Assembly: GCA_963422745.1 (NCBI GenBank)
Contig: OY730477.1
Location: 1,272,880 to 1,336,879, forward strand
Length of the DNA: 64,000 nucleotides
Source: Acidimicrobiales bacterium
Lineage (GTDB): Bacteria; Actinomycetota; Acidimicrobiia; Acidimicrobiales; Aldehydirespiratoraceae
Direction: 5' to 3'
Shown here in pieces: positions 38,188 to 49,710 of the stretch. The notes below the pieces were generated by a model. It did no database searches and was not told the DNA's origin. It saw only the letters and a list, made by a program, of their open reading frames with translations. The number at the start of each line of letters is the position of its first letter. The stretch's first letter is position 1. The translations under genes and the position numbers were made by a program.

Positions 38188-38275
38188 GTTGAGTGTTTGC
38201 GGGTGGGTTGAGTGTTTGTGGGTGGGTGCGCGTTGACCGGATTGAGGTGGGTGCGCGTGGTGATGTGCGTCGGGC
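38188..38275. repeat. 19-nt tandem pair followed by a perfect 44-nt copy of rplS codons
   Basis: GTTGAGTGTTTG(C/T)GGGTGG occurs at 38188 and 38207. GTTGACCGGATTGAGGTGGGTGCGCGTGGTGATGTGCGTCGGGC at 38232-38275 is identical to 38073-38116 inside rplS. Confidence 0.9.
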
Positions 38276-38335
38276 GCGAGGCTGTGTAGAGCTACGGGAT
38301 CATCGCTATTCTTGTATTGAACATAATGAAACATC

Positions 38336-38701
38336 ATGAATCACACATACAGTTCACCTATGGATCGATCACGAGTGGCACTCGGGCGTTGGGGTGAAGA
38401 GCTAGTCGCTCGTCACTACACCTCTAACGGCTATCAATTGCTTGATCAGAACTGGCAGGTGCGTGGCGGCGAACTCGACTTGGTGTTCGAAGGCGATGGT
38501 GTCATCGTCTTCTGTGAGGTCAAGACCAGGTCGTCGGCCGGGTTCGGTGCCGCTGTGGAGGCTATCGGTTACCGCAAACAGGGTTTTCTACGACGAACGG
38601 CGATTGCTTGGCTCCGAGAGCACGACCGCTCGGGAGAACTGCGGTTCGACGTTGCAACCGTCACAGCCGGACGAATCCAAGTGGTTGAGGCCGCATTTTG
38701 A
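38336..38701 (+). CDS. YraN-family (UPF0102) endonuclease-like protein
   Basis: Contains GRWGEELVARHY...GGELDLVF...VFCEVKTRSS, the family's PD-(D/E)xK-like block. Confidence 0.85.
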   Translation: MNHTYSSPMDRSRVALGRWGEELVARHYTSNGYQLLDQNWQVRGGELDLVFEGDGVIVFCEVKTRSSAGFGAAVEAIGYRKQGFLRRTAIAWLREHDRSGELRFDVATVTAGRIQVVEAAF

Positions 38702-38713
38702 GCAGCCCTGACT

Positions 38714-38824
38714 TCACCCCAAAAAGGCCCACAACAACAATCCGATCGTCACAACGAAAGCCACAACGAGGTAGATAAGGTCGCTGCGGCGACGGCGCCA
38801 CGGTCTCGTGGGATCCATTCCCAT
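38714..38824 (-). CDS. possible 36-aa single-TM miniprotein (weak call)
   Basis: MGMDPTRPWRRRRSDLIYLVVAFVVTIGLLLWAFLG is a basic stretch followed by one hydrophobic helix. No RBS or homology evidence. The longer form to 38935 would overlap the cytochrome c start. Confidence 0.25.
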   Translation of the reverse strand: MGMDPTRPWRRRRSDLIYLVVAFVVTIGLLLWAFLG

Positions 38825-38864
38825 GGTCTCATTATCAGCCCGAGGCTTCGTTATCGTCACAACC

Positions 38865-39335
38865 ATGGCCTGCTTCCGTGCCCATCGGCTGTTCCCGACA
38901 ACGTGTCGCGGCATCGGTTCGGGTGGGACAGCCAATGCGGATCGAGCGTCGGACGGATCGGTTCAACCGCAGAGGCGCAGCCACGGCGGCGTAGTTGCCC
39001 TGCTCGTCTTGTTAACACTGACGCTGACCGTGGTGAGCGCATGTGCTGGTGAAGTACCAGAAGTGCCGGTCGGTCCTGACGGTGTGCCCGATGCGCAACT
39101 CGTTGTCGGTCGCAGCATCTACTCCGGTCAATGCGCGCGTTGTCACGGGTCAAGTGGTGGAGGCGGCACCGGACCCAAGTTGAGTGACGGGCGAGTCACC
39201 GAGAAGTACACCGACATAGTCGAAGAAATTGCCGTGGTGGCCGGAGGGCTCAACGCAATGCCATCGTTTGCGGGCGGACTCTCCCGATATGAGATTGAGG
39301 CCGTTGTGCGTTACACCCGTGAGGTGCTGGATTGA
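38865..39335 (+). CDS. class I c-type cytochrome, probable lipoprotein
   Basis: Contains the heme motif CARCHG, the distal NAMPSF Met region and a lipobox-like LTVVSAC. The start is uncertain (ATG 38865 or 38808). Confidence 0.65.
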   Translation: MACFRAHRLFPTTCRGIGSGGTANADRASDGSVQPQRRSHGGVVALLVLLTLTLTVVSACAGEVPEVPVGPDGVPDAQLVVGRSIYSGQCARCHGSSGGGGTGPKLSDGRVTEKYTDIVEEIAVVAGGLNAMPSFAGGLSRYEIEAVVRYTREVLD

Positions 39336-39525
39336 TCACCGGCGGGGAACTGCGGGTTCAAGGGCCTGTGCTTCCCGGAGGCTGGTCAAGCTCCGGATCG
39401 CGCCGCATTGTGGTTGTGTTGTCACAATCGGCCGTTATGGTTGCCGACTCATAGCCCGTGAGGCACGGCTCATCGACCTGCCGCCGCAAGGACGATCCAA
39501 CTGTGTTTTCTTGTGGAGGTCGCCG

Positions 39526-41028
39526 GTGCTTGCCACTGTGTTGTCGTCAACCATCTCCGGTGTCGACGGAATCGCTGTATGCGTTGAGGTTCATGTCGCG
39601 CCGGGTCTTCCCTCCTTTTCGATCGTGGGACTTCCGGACACGTCGTGTCGGGAGGCACGGGACCGGGTCAGGGCAGCCATCATCTCCTCGGACCTTGAAT
39701 GGCCCATGAAGCGCATCACTGTCAACCTTGCGCCAGGCGATGTACCCAAAGTCGGAACCGGTATCGACCTGCCTATGGCCCTTGGGATCTTATGTGCGTC
39801 GGGTCAGCTTCAAGCACAGGCATTTGAGGACATAGGCGCGTTCGGTGAACTCGGGCTTGACGGCGCAGTCCGCTCAGTTCCCGGTGCTCTGTCGATGGTC
39901 GATGCCATCACCACGCCTATGGTGGTGGTTCCAGCCGGGGATGCAAACGTATGCGGGCTTGTCGCGGGTGATCGGATTCGTCCGGTCCGCGCGTTGCGTC
40001 AGGTCATTGACGCACTTGACAATGGATCGGCGTGGCCAAATGTCGATTGCGGTGCAGTTGCAGAGGACCCGGAACCCGAACCGGATCTAGCCGATGTAAG
40101 GGGTCAACGCGAAGCTCGCCACGCGCTGATGCTCGCCGCCGCCGGTGGTCATCATCTCTTGTTGTGTGGTCCGCCGGGTGCAGGCAAGACGATGTTGGCC
40201 CGCCGACTTCCGGGCCTGTTGCCGGATCTTGATCTCGCCGAGTCGCTAGCGGTAACACGCATCCACAGCGCAGCCGGTTTGCGCCTTCCGCCAACTGGGC
40301 TGATCATGAGGCCACCGTTTCGGGCACCACATCACAACGCCTCAATGGCGTCGATGATCGGCGGGGGAACTGGTTTGGCACGGCCCGGAGAGGTCAGTGC
40401 CGCGTCCGGCGGGGTGCTGTTTTTGGACGAACTCGGAGAGTTCGCTCCTTCCGTGCTCGATGCGCTTCGTCAGCCGCTGGAGGAAGGGGTAGTTCGGGTG
40501 GCCCGCAGCGGTGGGCTTTGTCACCATCCGGCGTCGGTCCTGCTTGTGGCGGCTATGAATCCCTGCCCGTGCGGGGAGGGCGGAACGGTGGACTGCCGCT
40601 GTTCTCCGCCGACGCGTAGACGCTACGGGCAGCGCATCTCCGGCCCACTGCTGGACCGGATCGACCTCATGGTGCACGTAGATCGCCCGCGCCCGGAGTC
40701 CCTGTTGAGCCGCGAGCCCTGCGAATCGTCGGCTGTGGTCGCGGCGAAGGTGGCGGCGGTTCGCCGTTTGGCGGTGAACCGCCATGTCCGCTGCAACGCG
40801 GTGCTCAGTGACGCTCAACTCGACCAGTACGCCTCACTTGACGATGAGTCCACAGAGGTCGTCAGGGTTGCGCTCAACCAAGGGAGGCTCAGCGCCCGGG
40901 GGTTGCGACGTGTACGGTGTGTGGCACGCACGATTCGTGATCTAGACGATGGCGCACCTGGGTTACGAGCGGGCGATGTGGCCGGGGCGTTACAGCTTCG
41001 CGCTAGGCCACCGCTCGGGCTTAGATGA
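39526..41028 (+). CDS. comM: YifB/ComM Mg-chelatase-like AAA+ ATPase
   Basis: Contains LATVLSSTISGVDG...VEVHV, GLPD..CREARDRV and Walker A GPPGAGKTMLARRL. GTG 39526 lies inside ORF 39229..41028. Confidence 0.9.
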   Translation: MLATVLSSTISGVDGIAVCVEVHVAPGLPSFSIVGLPDTSCREARDRVRAAIISSDLEWPMKRITVNLAPGDVPKVGTGIDLPMALGILCASGQLQAQAFEDIGAFGELGLDGAVRSVPGALSMVDAITTPMVVVPAGDANVCGLVAGDRIRPVRALRQVIDALDNGSAWPNVDCGAVAEDPEPEPDLADVRGQREARHALMLAAAGGHHLLLCGPPGAGKTMLARRLPGLLPDLDLAESLAVTRIHSAAGLRLPPTGLIMRPPFRAPHHNASMASMIGGGTGLARPGEVSAASGGVLFLDELGEFAPSVLDALRQPLEEGVVRVARSGGLCHHPASVLLVAAMNPCPCGEGGTVDCRCSPPTRRRYGQRISGPLLDRIDLMVHVDRPRPESLLSREPCESSAVVAAKVAAVRRLAVNRHVRCNAVLSDAQLDQYASLDDESTEVVRVALNQGRLSARGLRRVRCVARTIRDLDDGAPGLRAGDVAGALQLRARPPLGLR

Positions 41029-41132
41029 TGACCGCCGAGTCATCGGAGGTGCTTCAACTTGGTGCCGTGCGGGACCTATGGGTCGATCAGCAGGGCACAG
41101 CGTTGGGTTCCGCGGAGTAAATCGGGTCGGCT

Positions 41133-42230
41133 GTGAGCACTGTTCTGACCGACCAAGAGGTCCGCTTAGCAGCGATTTGCGCTCTGGACGGTATGACCAC
41201 GACTCGGTTGGCTCGGCTGCTCACAGGTCGGTCGGTGGACGCCGTGTGGGCTGCACTCGCCGACGGGCTTGTCGGTATGGAGATGGTTCTCAGCAAAGAG
41301 GCTGGGGTTCACAGATGTGGGATTGGCGACGGCATCTTTGAGAGCACGCGAGAGTCCCTGCTGGAATTTGGGGTGCGGGTAACGGGATGGCACGACCCCG
41401 ATCACCCTGCTGCTTTGGTGCATGACATCGACCCTGCGCCTGTGTTGTTCCGTCGTGGCCGCCCTCTCGCCAATGGAGCCGCCCGAGTCGGGATCGTCGG
41501 TACCCGAAGGTGCTCAGGAGCAGGTCGCGAGGTGGCCTACGAACTTGGCCACGATCTTGCGGCAAGCGGTGTGTCGGTGGTGTCGGGTCTAGCCATAGGG
41601 GTCGATGGAGCAGCTCATCGCGGGTCGCTTGCCGCAGGCGGCGCCCCACCTATCGCGGTCGTTGGAAGCGGCCTTGACGTCGTTTATCCCCGCAGCAACA
41701 CTGAAATCTGGCATGGTGTCGCTGAAGTCGGCATGTTGTGCTCGGAGGCTCCGATGGGTGCAGAGCCAGCTGCCTGGCGATTCCCGGCTCGCAACCGGCT
41801 GATCGCTGCGCTTAGTGACGTTCTGGTAGTGGTGGAGTCGCGATCGGCCGGGGGTTCATTGCTTACCGTCGAACAGGCAATACGCAGAGGTGTCGATGTG
41901 ATGGCCGTGCCCGGCTCGTTGAGAAACGGCGCCGCCGATGGCACCAATCAGCTCCTCGTTGATGGTTGTGCGCCGGTTCGTAGCGCCGATGACGTGCTCA
42001 TGGTCCTCGGTATGAGCAGCGGCGAAATCACCGCTCGCCGATGCGGTGAGCCGAGGCTACCTACGGGGGAGTCGGCTTCGGTTCTGTTCGCTGTTGACGA
42101 CGGCCCAACCTCCGTGGAGCAGTTGGTGATCGACACCGGTCTCGGTCTCGGAGCGGTTTATGCCGCTCTCGAAGAGCTGGTAGCCGCGGGATTCGTCGTA
42201 CGCGATGGTGCTCGCGTCAGACGGTCATGA
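41133..42230 (+). CDS. dprA: DNA-processing protein DprA (Smf)
   Basis: Contains the Rossmann-like core VGIVGTRRCS..G......LA..GVSVVSGLAIGVDGAAHRG. Confidence 0.9.
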   Translation: MSTVLTDQEVRLAAICALDGMTTTRLARLLTGRSVDAVWAALADGLVGMEMVLSKEAGVHRCGIGDGIFESTRESLLEFGVRVTGWHDPDHPAALVHDIDPAPVLFRRGRPLANGAARVGIVGTRRCSGAGREVAYELGHDLAASGVSVVSGLAIGVDGAAHRGSLAAGGAPPIAVVGSGLDVVYPRSNTEIWHGVAEVGMLCSEAPMGAEPAAWRFPARNRLIAALSDVLVVVESRSAGGSLLTVEQAIRRGVDVMAVPGSLRNGAADGTNQLLVDGCAPVRSADDVLMVLGMSSGEITARRCGEPRLPTGESASVLFAVDDGPTSVEQLVIDTGLGLGAVYAALEELVAAGFVVRDGARVRRS

Positions 42231-42306
42231 TCGCCATGTTTGTACCGGTAGAGGCATGTTCAACCCAAGATCCTGGTCTCGGGTTGAGGATTAGGATCGT
42301 GGGCTG

Positions 42307-43182
42307 ATGTCCTGGGATCTGGCTAGTTGGCTCGACTCGCTCATTCGGGTGGCGTCTTCCACGCGGGCGGTTTACCGGCGCGATATGCGAGACGCCGTGG
42401 CCTGGCTTGAAGAGTCTGGGGTTGCGGATCCCGCGGATGTCCACAGGAGCGACTTGCGAGGCTATCTCGCACATCTCGAACGGTCGGGATATGCCCGCCG
42501 CACGACTGCCCGTAAGGCATCCGTGCTGCGACGCTACTTCGAATGGGCTCAGCTCACCGGTCGCGTTTCAGTCGATCCGAGCCTCGGCCTAAGCGCACCC
42601 CGCGGTGCGTCAACGCTGCCTCGGGTGCTCAACCAGGCAGACCTCGACGGGTTGATTGAAGGTCAGGCCCGAGCAAAGGTAGATCCGATCATTGACATCC
42701 GCGATCGTGCCGTTGTTGAACTCCTTTACGGAAGTGGCATGCGGGTATCAGAACTTTGCTCGTTGCAAATCGGCGACATTGACGAGATCGGATCGTGCGC
42801 CACGGTCTGGGGTAAAGGAGCGAAGCAGCGGCGAGTTCCCATCTCGGAGCCAGCTCTTATCGCTATTCATGCATGGCTTGACGATGGTCGCCCCAAGCTC
42901 ATGTCGGACCGGACACCGGGTGACGTGTTGCTCTTGAACCGGCGAGGGGGTGCGATGTCACCTCGTGACATAAGACGTGTTATCGACCGGCGCGCTGTGG
43001 TACCAACACATCCCCACGCTCTTCGCCACACCTTCGCCACTCATCTCTTGGACGGCGGTGCAGACCTGCGCGCAGTTCAAGAGATGCTCGGCCATGCAGA
43101 TCTCGCTACCACGCAGATTTACACGAGGGTAAGCCGGGAACGGTTGCGCGATATACACCGATCAACCCATCCACGGGCTTGA
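42307..43182 (+). CDS. xerC: tyrosine recombinase XerC
   Basis: Contains R...HxxR...Y: LRHTFATHLLDGGADLRAVQEMLGHADLATTQIYT. Housekeeping synteny next to dprA. Confidence 0.9.
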   Translation: MSWDLASWLDSLIRVASSTRAVYRRDMRDAVAWLEESGVADPADVHRSDLRGYLAHLERSGYARRTTARKASVLRRYFEWAQLTGRVSVDPSLGLSAPRGASTLPRVLNQADLDGLIEGQARAKVDPIIDIRDRAVVELLYGSGMRVSELCSLQIGDIDEIGSCATVWGKGAKQRRVPISEPALIAIHAWLDDGRPKLMSDRTPGDVLLLNRRGGAMSPRDIRRVIDRRAVVPTHPHALRHTFATHLLDGGADLRAVQEMLGHADLATTQIYTRVSRERLRDIHRSTHPRA

Positions 43183-43239
43183 GTTTTTTCCATCTGAGCC
43201 TTACTTCCCCGCCGATTCATCTAGTGAAGCGAGGAAGTC

Positions 43240-45081
43240 ATGCGCCGCATCCTCAGTTCCTTCGTCGTGGTCGCCGCCGCAGCGACCTTCGTAACGCCCG
43301 CATACGCCACCGACGAGTTCCTTCAACCTCCTAGCTCCTCGGAGGTTCTCGACCCCTTCCGGGCCCCTACCGAGCCATATGGTTCTGGCAACCGAGGAAT
43401 CGAATACGACACCGCTGCGGATGATCCCATCGTTGCCGCCGGATCGGGTCTGGTCGTGTTCGCGGGGCCGGTAGGGGGACAGCTCCACATAACCATTGAT
43501 CACGGGGACGGCCTGTTGTCGAGCTATTCGTTTGTGGACACGTTGACGGTCCGATCCGGCACACAGGTACAGGCGGGCCAACCCATCGCCGTAGCTGGTG
43601 GACCATTTCATTTCGGCACACGTATGGACGACGATTACGTTGATCCGGCTTCGCTGTTCGGCGTGATCGAGGTGTCGGTCGCACTCGTTGAACACTCCGA
43701 CCCGGGCGCAATGGACCGGTACCTCGACCTGATGGACCGAAGCGAGCGTCTGCAGTACGCAAAATGGCTCCAGGTCGACAAGCCATCATTTTGGAAGAGG
43801 TTCATCGCCGGGGCGAGCGACGTGATCGGGGCCACGGTTGATCTCTTCGTGGAAATGGTGACCAAACCATTCACGGTTATCGATCTCAACACCCTCCTGG
43901 CTCGACTGGCAGCCGCCATCAAGTGGGTTGCCGAGGCTGTCCACGACCTGACCATCGATGGCTTCTCTGCCGTTGATCTCACCGTAATCCAGGCGAAATT
44001 GACCGACCTTGCGGGAGCGGTAGCCGGGACCGTACACGAACAAGCACACCAACTCGCCTATGTCGTCGGCTTGGACATCATGGTGGCAGCGGCTCTTGCC
44101 ATCAGGCCTCGCGAGTGCACGAAACCCGAAGTCAGACACACGCCGGTTCCGGGTCGTCGTATTGCCGTGCGGGTTCCCGGGCTCGGGTCTTCCAGCGACA
44201 CCCACGCCGCCATAGACGATCTGGATCTGGCCGCTCTCGGATACGCAGCTGACGACATCATCCGAGCCGGTTACCGAATTGGACCTGACGGAGCCGTCGA
44301 ATACGGCCCGGAGGATACCCATCAATCGGTCGAGCAGTCTGCCAAGGTGCTGCTCGCGCAGCTTCAACGTGTTGCGGCTGAGTCGCCTGGGGTTCCCATT
44401 GATGTCTACGCACACAGCTTGGGCGGAGTCGTATCCGCGCAGGCCATTGCGAGCGGCACTGATGGCTTGGTCGACTCTCTCGTCACATTCTCCTCGCCGT
44501 TCGGTGGAACACCCGCAGCGGAATTGGTTAACGTGGTCGCTGATTTGGCTCCGCTTGCTGGCGTAGTTGACCTGCTCTGGAAGGACGACCCGCTCGGTGC
44601 GGCTGTTGTCAACGAACTTGAGCATCCGTCGATCGTGGCGAGTGAGGGATTTCCTTCATCCACCCGACTGTTGACATTCGGCCATAGCAACGACTTCATC
44701 GTACCGGCTCACTTGGCCAGGGTTCGGGGCCACGACCACATCACCGTGGGTAGTGACAGTACATTCAACCTTCATCGCGGCATCGCCGATCACAGCGCCG
44801 TTACTTCCCACCCGGATGCACTTCGTGAAATCATGCTCTTCCGAGCCGGACAGCCACCCACTTGCACCTCTGCGTTTGAACGCATGGCGAACGCGATCGA
44901 ACCACGACTGAAAGGGCGAGCAGTCGCGGTTGTGGGCGAAGTGCTGAGCACCCCAACCGACCGCGGTCTACGCAATCCACTGGCACTGCTACCAAGCGGC
45001 CTAGCACCCTTCGCAACATCAATTTCCCCCCACGGAGCACCTGGCGGGTGGCGCCGCTACTCTTTGTCCTGGCCTGAATAG
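43240..45081 (+). CDS. secreted M23 (LytM-type) peptidase domain fused to an alpha/beta-hydrolase (lipase-like GxSxG) domain
   Basis: Contains the signal peptide MRRILSSFVVVAAAATFVTPAYA and the M23 block GIEYDTAADDPIVAAGSGLVVFAG...HITIDHGDG...VQAGQPIA. About 250 aa later come VPGLGSS and VYAHSLGGV (Ser codon 44416-44418). GAGGAAG RBS. Confidence 0.8.
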   Translation: MRRILSSFVVVAAAATFVTPAYATDEFLQPPSSSEVLDPFRAPTEPYGSGNRGIEYDTAADDPIVAAGSGLVVFAGPVGGQLHITIDHGDGLLSSYSFVDTLTVRSGTQVQAGQPIAVAGGPFHFGTRMDDDYVDPASLFGVIEVSVALVEHSDPGAMDRYLDLMDRSERLQYAKWLQVDKPSFWKRFIAGASDVIGATVDLFVEMVTKPFTVIDLNTLLARLAAAIKWVAEAVHDLTIDGFSAVDLTVIQAKLTDLAGAVAGTVHEQAHQLAYVVGLDIMVAAALAIRPRECTKPEVRHTPVPGRRIAVRVPGLGSSSDTHAAIDDLDLAALGYAADDIIRAGYRIGPDGAVEYGPEDTHQSVEQSAKVLLAQLQRVAAESPGVPIDVYAHSLGGVVSAQAIASGTDGLVDSLVTFSSPFGGTPAAELVNVVADLAPLAGVVDLLWKDDPLGAAVVNELEHPSIVASEGFPSSTRLLTFGHSNDFIVPAHLARVRGHDHITVGSDSTFNLHRGIADHSAVTSHPDALREIMLFRAGQPPTCTSAFERMANAIEPRLKGRAVAVVGEVLSTPTDRGLRNPLALLPSGLAPFATSISPHGAPGGWRRYSLSWPE

Positions 45082-45181
45082 GCCTCACACGTCCTCATCC
45101 CCGAGGCGGTGAAGAGTGATGCGCTCATGCCAAACCCGGTCGCCGAGGCGTCCGGCGTGAGCGTTGTAACCGGGAGCAATA

Positions 45182-46176
45182 GTGGCAGTCATCTCAATGC
45201 AGCAGCTGCTGGACGCGGGAATCCACTTCGGGCACCAGACCCGACGCTGGAACCCCAAGATGAGGCGATTCATACACGGCGAACTAGCTGGCATTCATAT
45301 CGTTGATCTTCACCAGACGCTGAAACACCTCGAAAAGTCTTACGTGTTCGTGCGCAACCTCATCGCCGAAGGCGGAACGGTTCTGTTCATCGGCACCAAA
45401 AAGCAAGCGCAAGATTCGATCCGGTCATACGCAGAGCGTTGCAACATGCCCTATGTCAACGAACGCTGGCTTGGTGGCATGCTGACCAACTTCCAGACGA
45501 TCTCCAAGCGTGTCGGCAAGATGCAGCAGTACCGCCGCATGCGGGACTCCGGTGAGTTGGATGCGATGCCCAAAAAGGAGGCACTGCTGATCCAACGCGA
45601 ACTTTCCAAACTTGAACGAAACCTCGGCGGGATTCGTGATATGGAGGAACTGCCCGAGGCCATCTTCGTGCTTGATACAAAAAAGGAGTACATCGCCGTC
45701 ACCGAAGCCCGCAAGATCGGGGTTCCGATTGTGGCGGTTGTTGATACAAACTGCGATCCCGATCTCGTTGACTACGCCATACCCGGTAACGACGACGCAA
45801 TCCGGGCAGGTGAATTGATGTGTCGGGTCATTAGCGACGCCGTGCTTGAGGGCCGATTCATCCACTCAAGGCTTTCCGGTAACGACATCGTGCAGCGCGA
45901 CGCCGCAGAAGAGGCAGAAGTGGCCAAGCAGCAGGCGGAGGCACGTGCCGTCGCAGCTCAAGAAGCTGCCCTGCGTGACGCAAGGATCGCGGCGGCTGGC
46001 TCCGGTGAGTCATCCGAGGGTGCGAAGTCGCAGTCCGGCTCCGGCGATGCAGGTGCTACATCGGTTGGTTCACAGGGGCCGGATGTTCAGCGTGGGATGA
46101 CCGATAGTGCCGCCGTCATTTCAACCGCGGATGAACCGGGCAGGTCACAAAGCCACGAGTTGACGGAGCGACAATA

Positions 46177-46177
<1 letters not shown>
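45182..46177 (+). CDS. rpsB: 30S ribosomal protein S2 with an Ala/Glu-rich C-terminal extension
   Basis: Begins (M)AVISMQQLLDAGIHFGHQTRRWNPKM. GTG start. Confidence 0.95.
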
Positions 46178-48348
<2,171 letters not shown>

Positions 48349-48376
48349 TCTTTCACAGCAACGGAAGGGTAAACAA

Positions 48377-49648
48377 GTGAACAATGATCCGAACAAAGAC
48401 GATGATCCGAACAAATCAGAGAGCCGACATTTGACCGAGGACCAGGAGTACTCCGCGGACTTGCCAGCACCCGGACGATCAGTGTTCGGCGAAGACGATT
48501 CCTCATTCACCGAAGACGACGATGCCGTTCCTCACTGGCGAGATCCAGCCACCGGGTCTGTTCCGATGGTGGGGGCGCAAGCAACGGGGTCTTTTGATCC
48601 CGCGCCGGAGCCGACACTCATCGAAGACGATCCCGACGACTTGGTTGCCTGGAGCACCCTGGCCGACGGTCCGGCTTGGTCGGCGGCATCTTTGGAGGGC
48701 CCGGCCCCACCTGGGGTCGACACAGCCGACGAGTTCTTCGGGTTTGACGACGCAAGCCCACCTGGCGGCCACCCCCGCACTGACCCAATCGGCGCTCCGC
48801 CGGGTGTGGCGCGGACGTCCCGACCCGAGCGCAACATGGGGGTAGCTGCTGTGGTCGGGTTGGGGTTGGCGGTCTTGATTCTCGCAGCCATGTATATCGA
48901 TCCACTTGCTGCTTTGGGTGTGGTAGTGATCGGCTTGGGACTGGCATCTGCGGAATTCTTCAACGCGGTACGTATAGCCGGATATCAACCGGCGGTGCTC
49001 GTGGGTATTGCTGGCACCGTGGTCATGCCGGTGGCGGTTTACTGGCGAGGCCCCGAGGCGATGCTCCTTGGCCTGCTCCTGGTGCTTGTATGCGGGTCTT
49101 TGTGGTACCTGATCGGGGTGTCCAACGGTGCGCTGCGCGGTCTGGGGGCGACGATGGTTGGTTTCGTGCAGATTGGCCTGCTGGGGTCGTTTGCCGCTTT
49201 GATGCTTGATGTGCCGACCCATGGCACAGGGCTATTCACAGTCGCCATCTTCTTGACCGTTGCCTACGACGCTGGCGCCATGATCATTGGTGGGGTGATG
49301 GGTCGTACACAGATCTCAACGGCGAGTCCCAACAAGACCGTGGAAGGACTTATTGGTGGAATGGCCGTCGTGATCGGCACCGCAATCATCATGGGCGGGC
49401 TCGGCAACCCCGCTCCGCTTGCCGACAGCACGACCGGCGGCGGCATGGGCGTGATGATCATGTTGGGAGTAGCCGTTGCCGTTGTTGCACCGATTGGAGA
49501 TCTTGCCGAGTCACTGATCAAACGTGACCTCGGCATCAAGGATATGGGCTCTATCCTGCCTGGCCATGGCGGCATCTTTGATCGTATTGATGCCATGTTG
49601 TTCGTAATGCCGACAACTTGGTACGTGGCGCAGGCGGTCCTGACCTAG
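48377..49648 (+). CDS. cdsA: phosphatidate cytidylyltransferase with an acidic low-complexity N-terminal extension of about 150 aa
   Basis: Contains the C-terminal signature SLIKRDLGIKDMGSILPGHGGIFDRIDAMLF. GTG 48377 is preceded by GAAGGG. The ORF extension back to 48209 overlaps frr. Confidence 0.85.
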   Translation: MNNDPNKDDDPNKSESRHLTEDQEYSADLPAPGRSVFGEDDSSFTEDDDAVPHWRDPATGSVPMVGAQATGSFDPAPEPTLIEDDPDDLVAWSTLADGPAWSAASLEGPAPPGVDTADEFFGFDDASPPGGHPRTDPIGAPPGVARTSRPERNMGVAAVVGLGLAVLILAAMYIDPLAALGVVVIGLGLASAEFFNAVRIAGYQPAVLVGIAGTVVMPVAVYWRGPEAMLLGLLLVLVCGSLWYLIGVSNGALRGLGATMVGFVQIGLLGSFAALMLDVPTHGTGLFTVAIFLTVAYDAGAMIIGGVMGRTQISTASPNKTVEGLIGGMAVVIGTAIIMGGLGNPAPLADSTTGGGMGVMIMLGVAVAVVAPIGDLAESLIKRDLGIKDMGSILPGHGGIFDRIDAMLFVMPTTWYVAQAVLT

Positions 49649-49710
49649 GTGTTCACGAACCTGTCGACCGCTGCGCGGTATCTTGAGGTTAAGACCGTAG
49701 CGTCGGCGCC

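Noticed and set aside
38311-38336. The AT-rich patch CTTGTATTGAACATAATGAAACATC as a leaderless promoter for yraN.
   Set aside because: The -10-like CATAAT lies 8 nt before the ATG, but there is no acceptable -35 at 16-18 nt. The evidence is too thin to call a promoter.
42307-43182. The tyrosine recombinase as a marker of an integrated mobile element.
   Set aside because: It sits in the conserved comM-dprA-xerC-M23-rpsB housekeeping context. There is no att-like flanking repeat, tRNA target or phage or plasmid gene, so it is the chromosomal dimer-resolution XerC.
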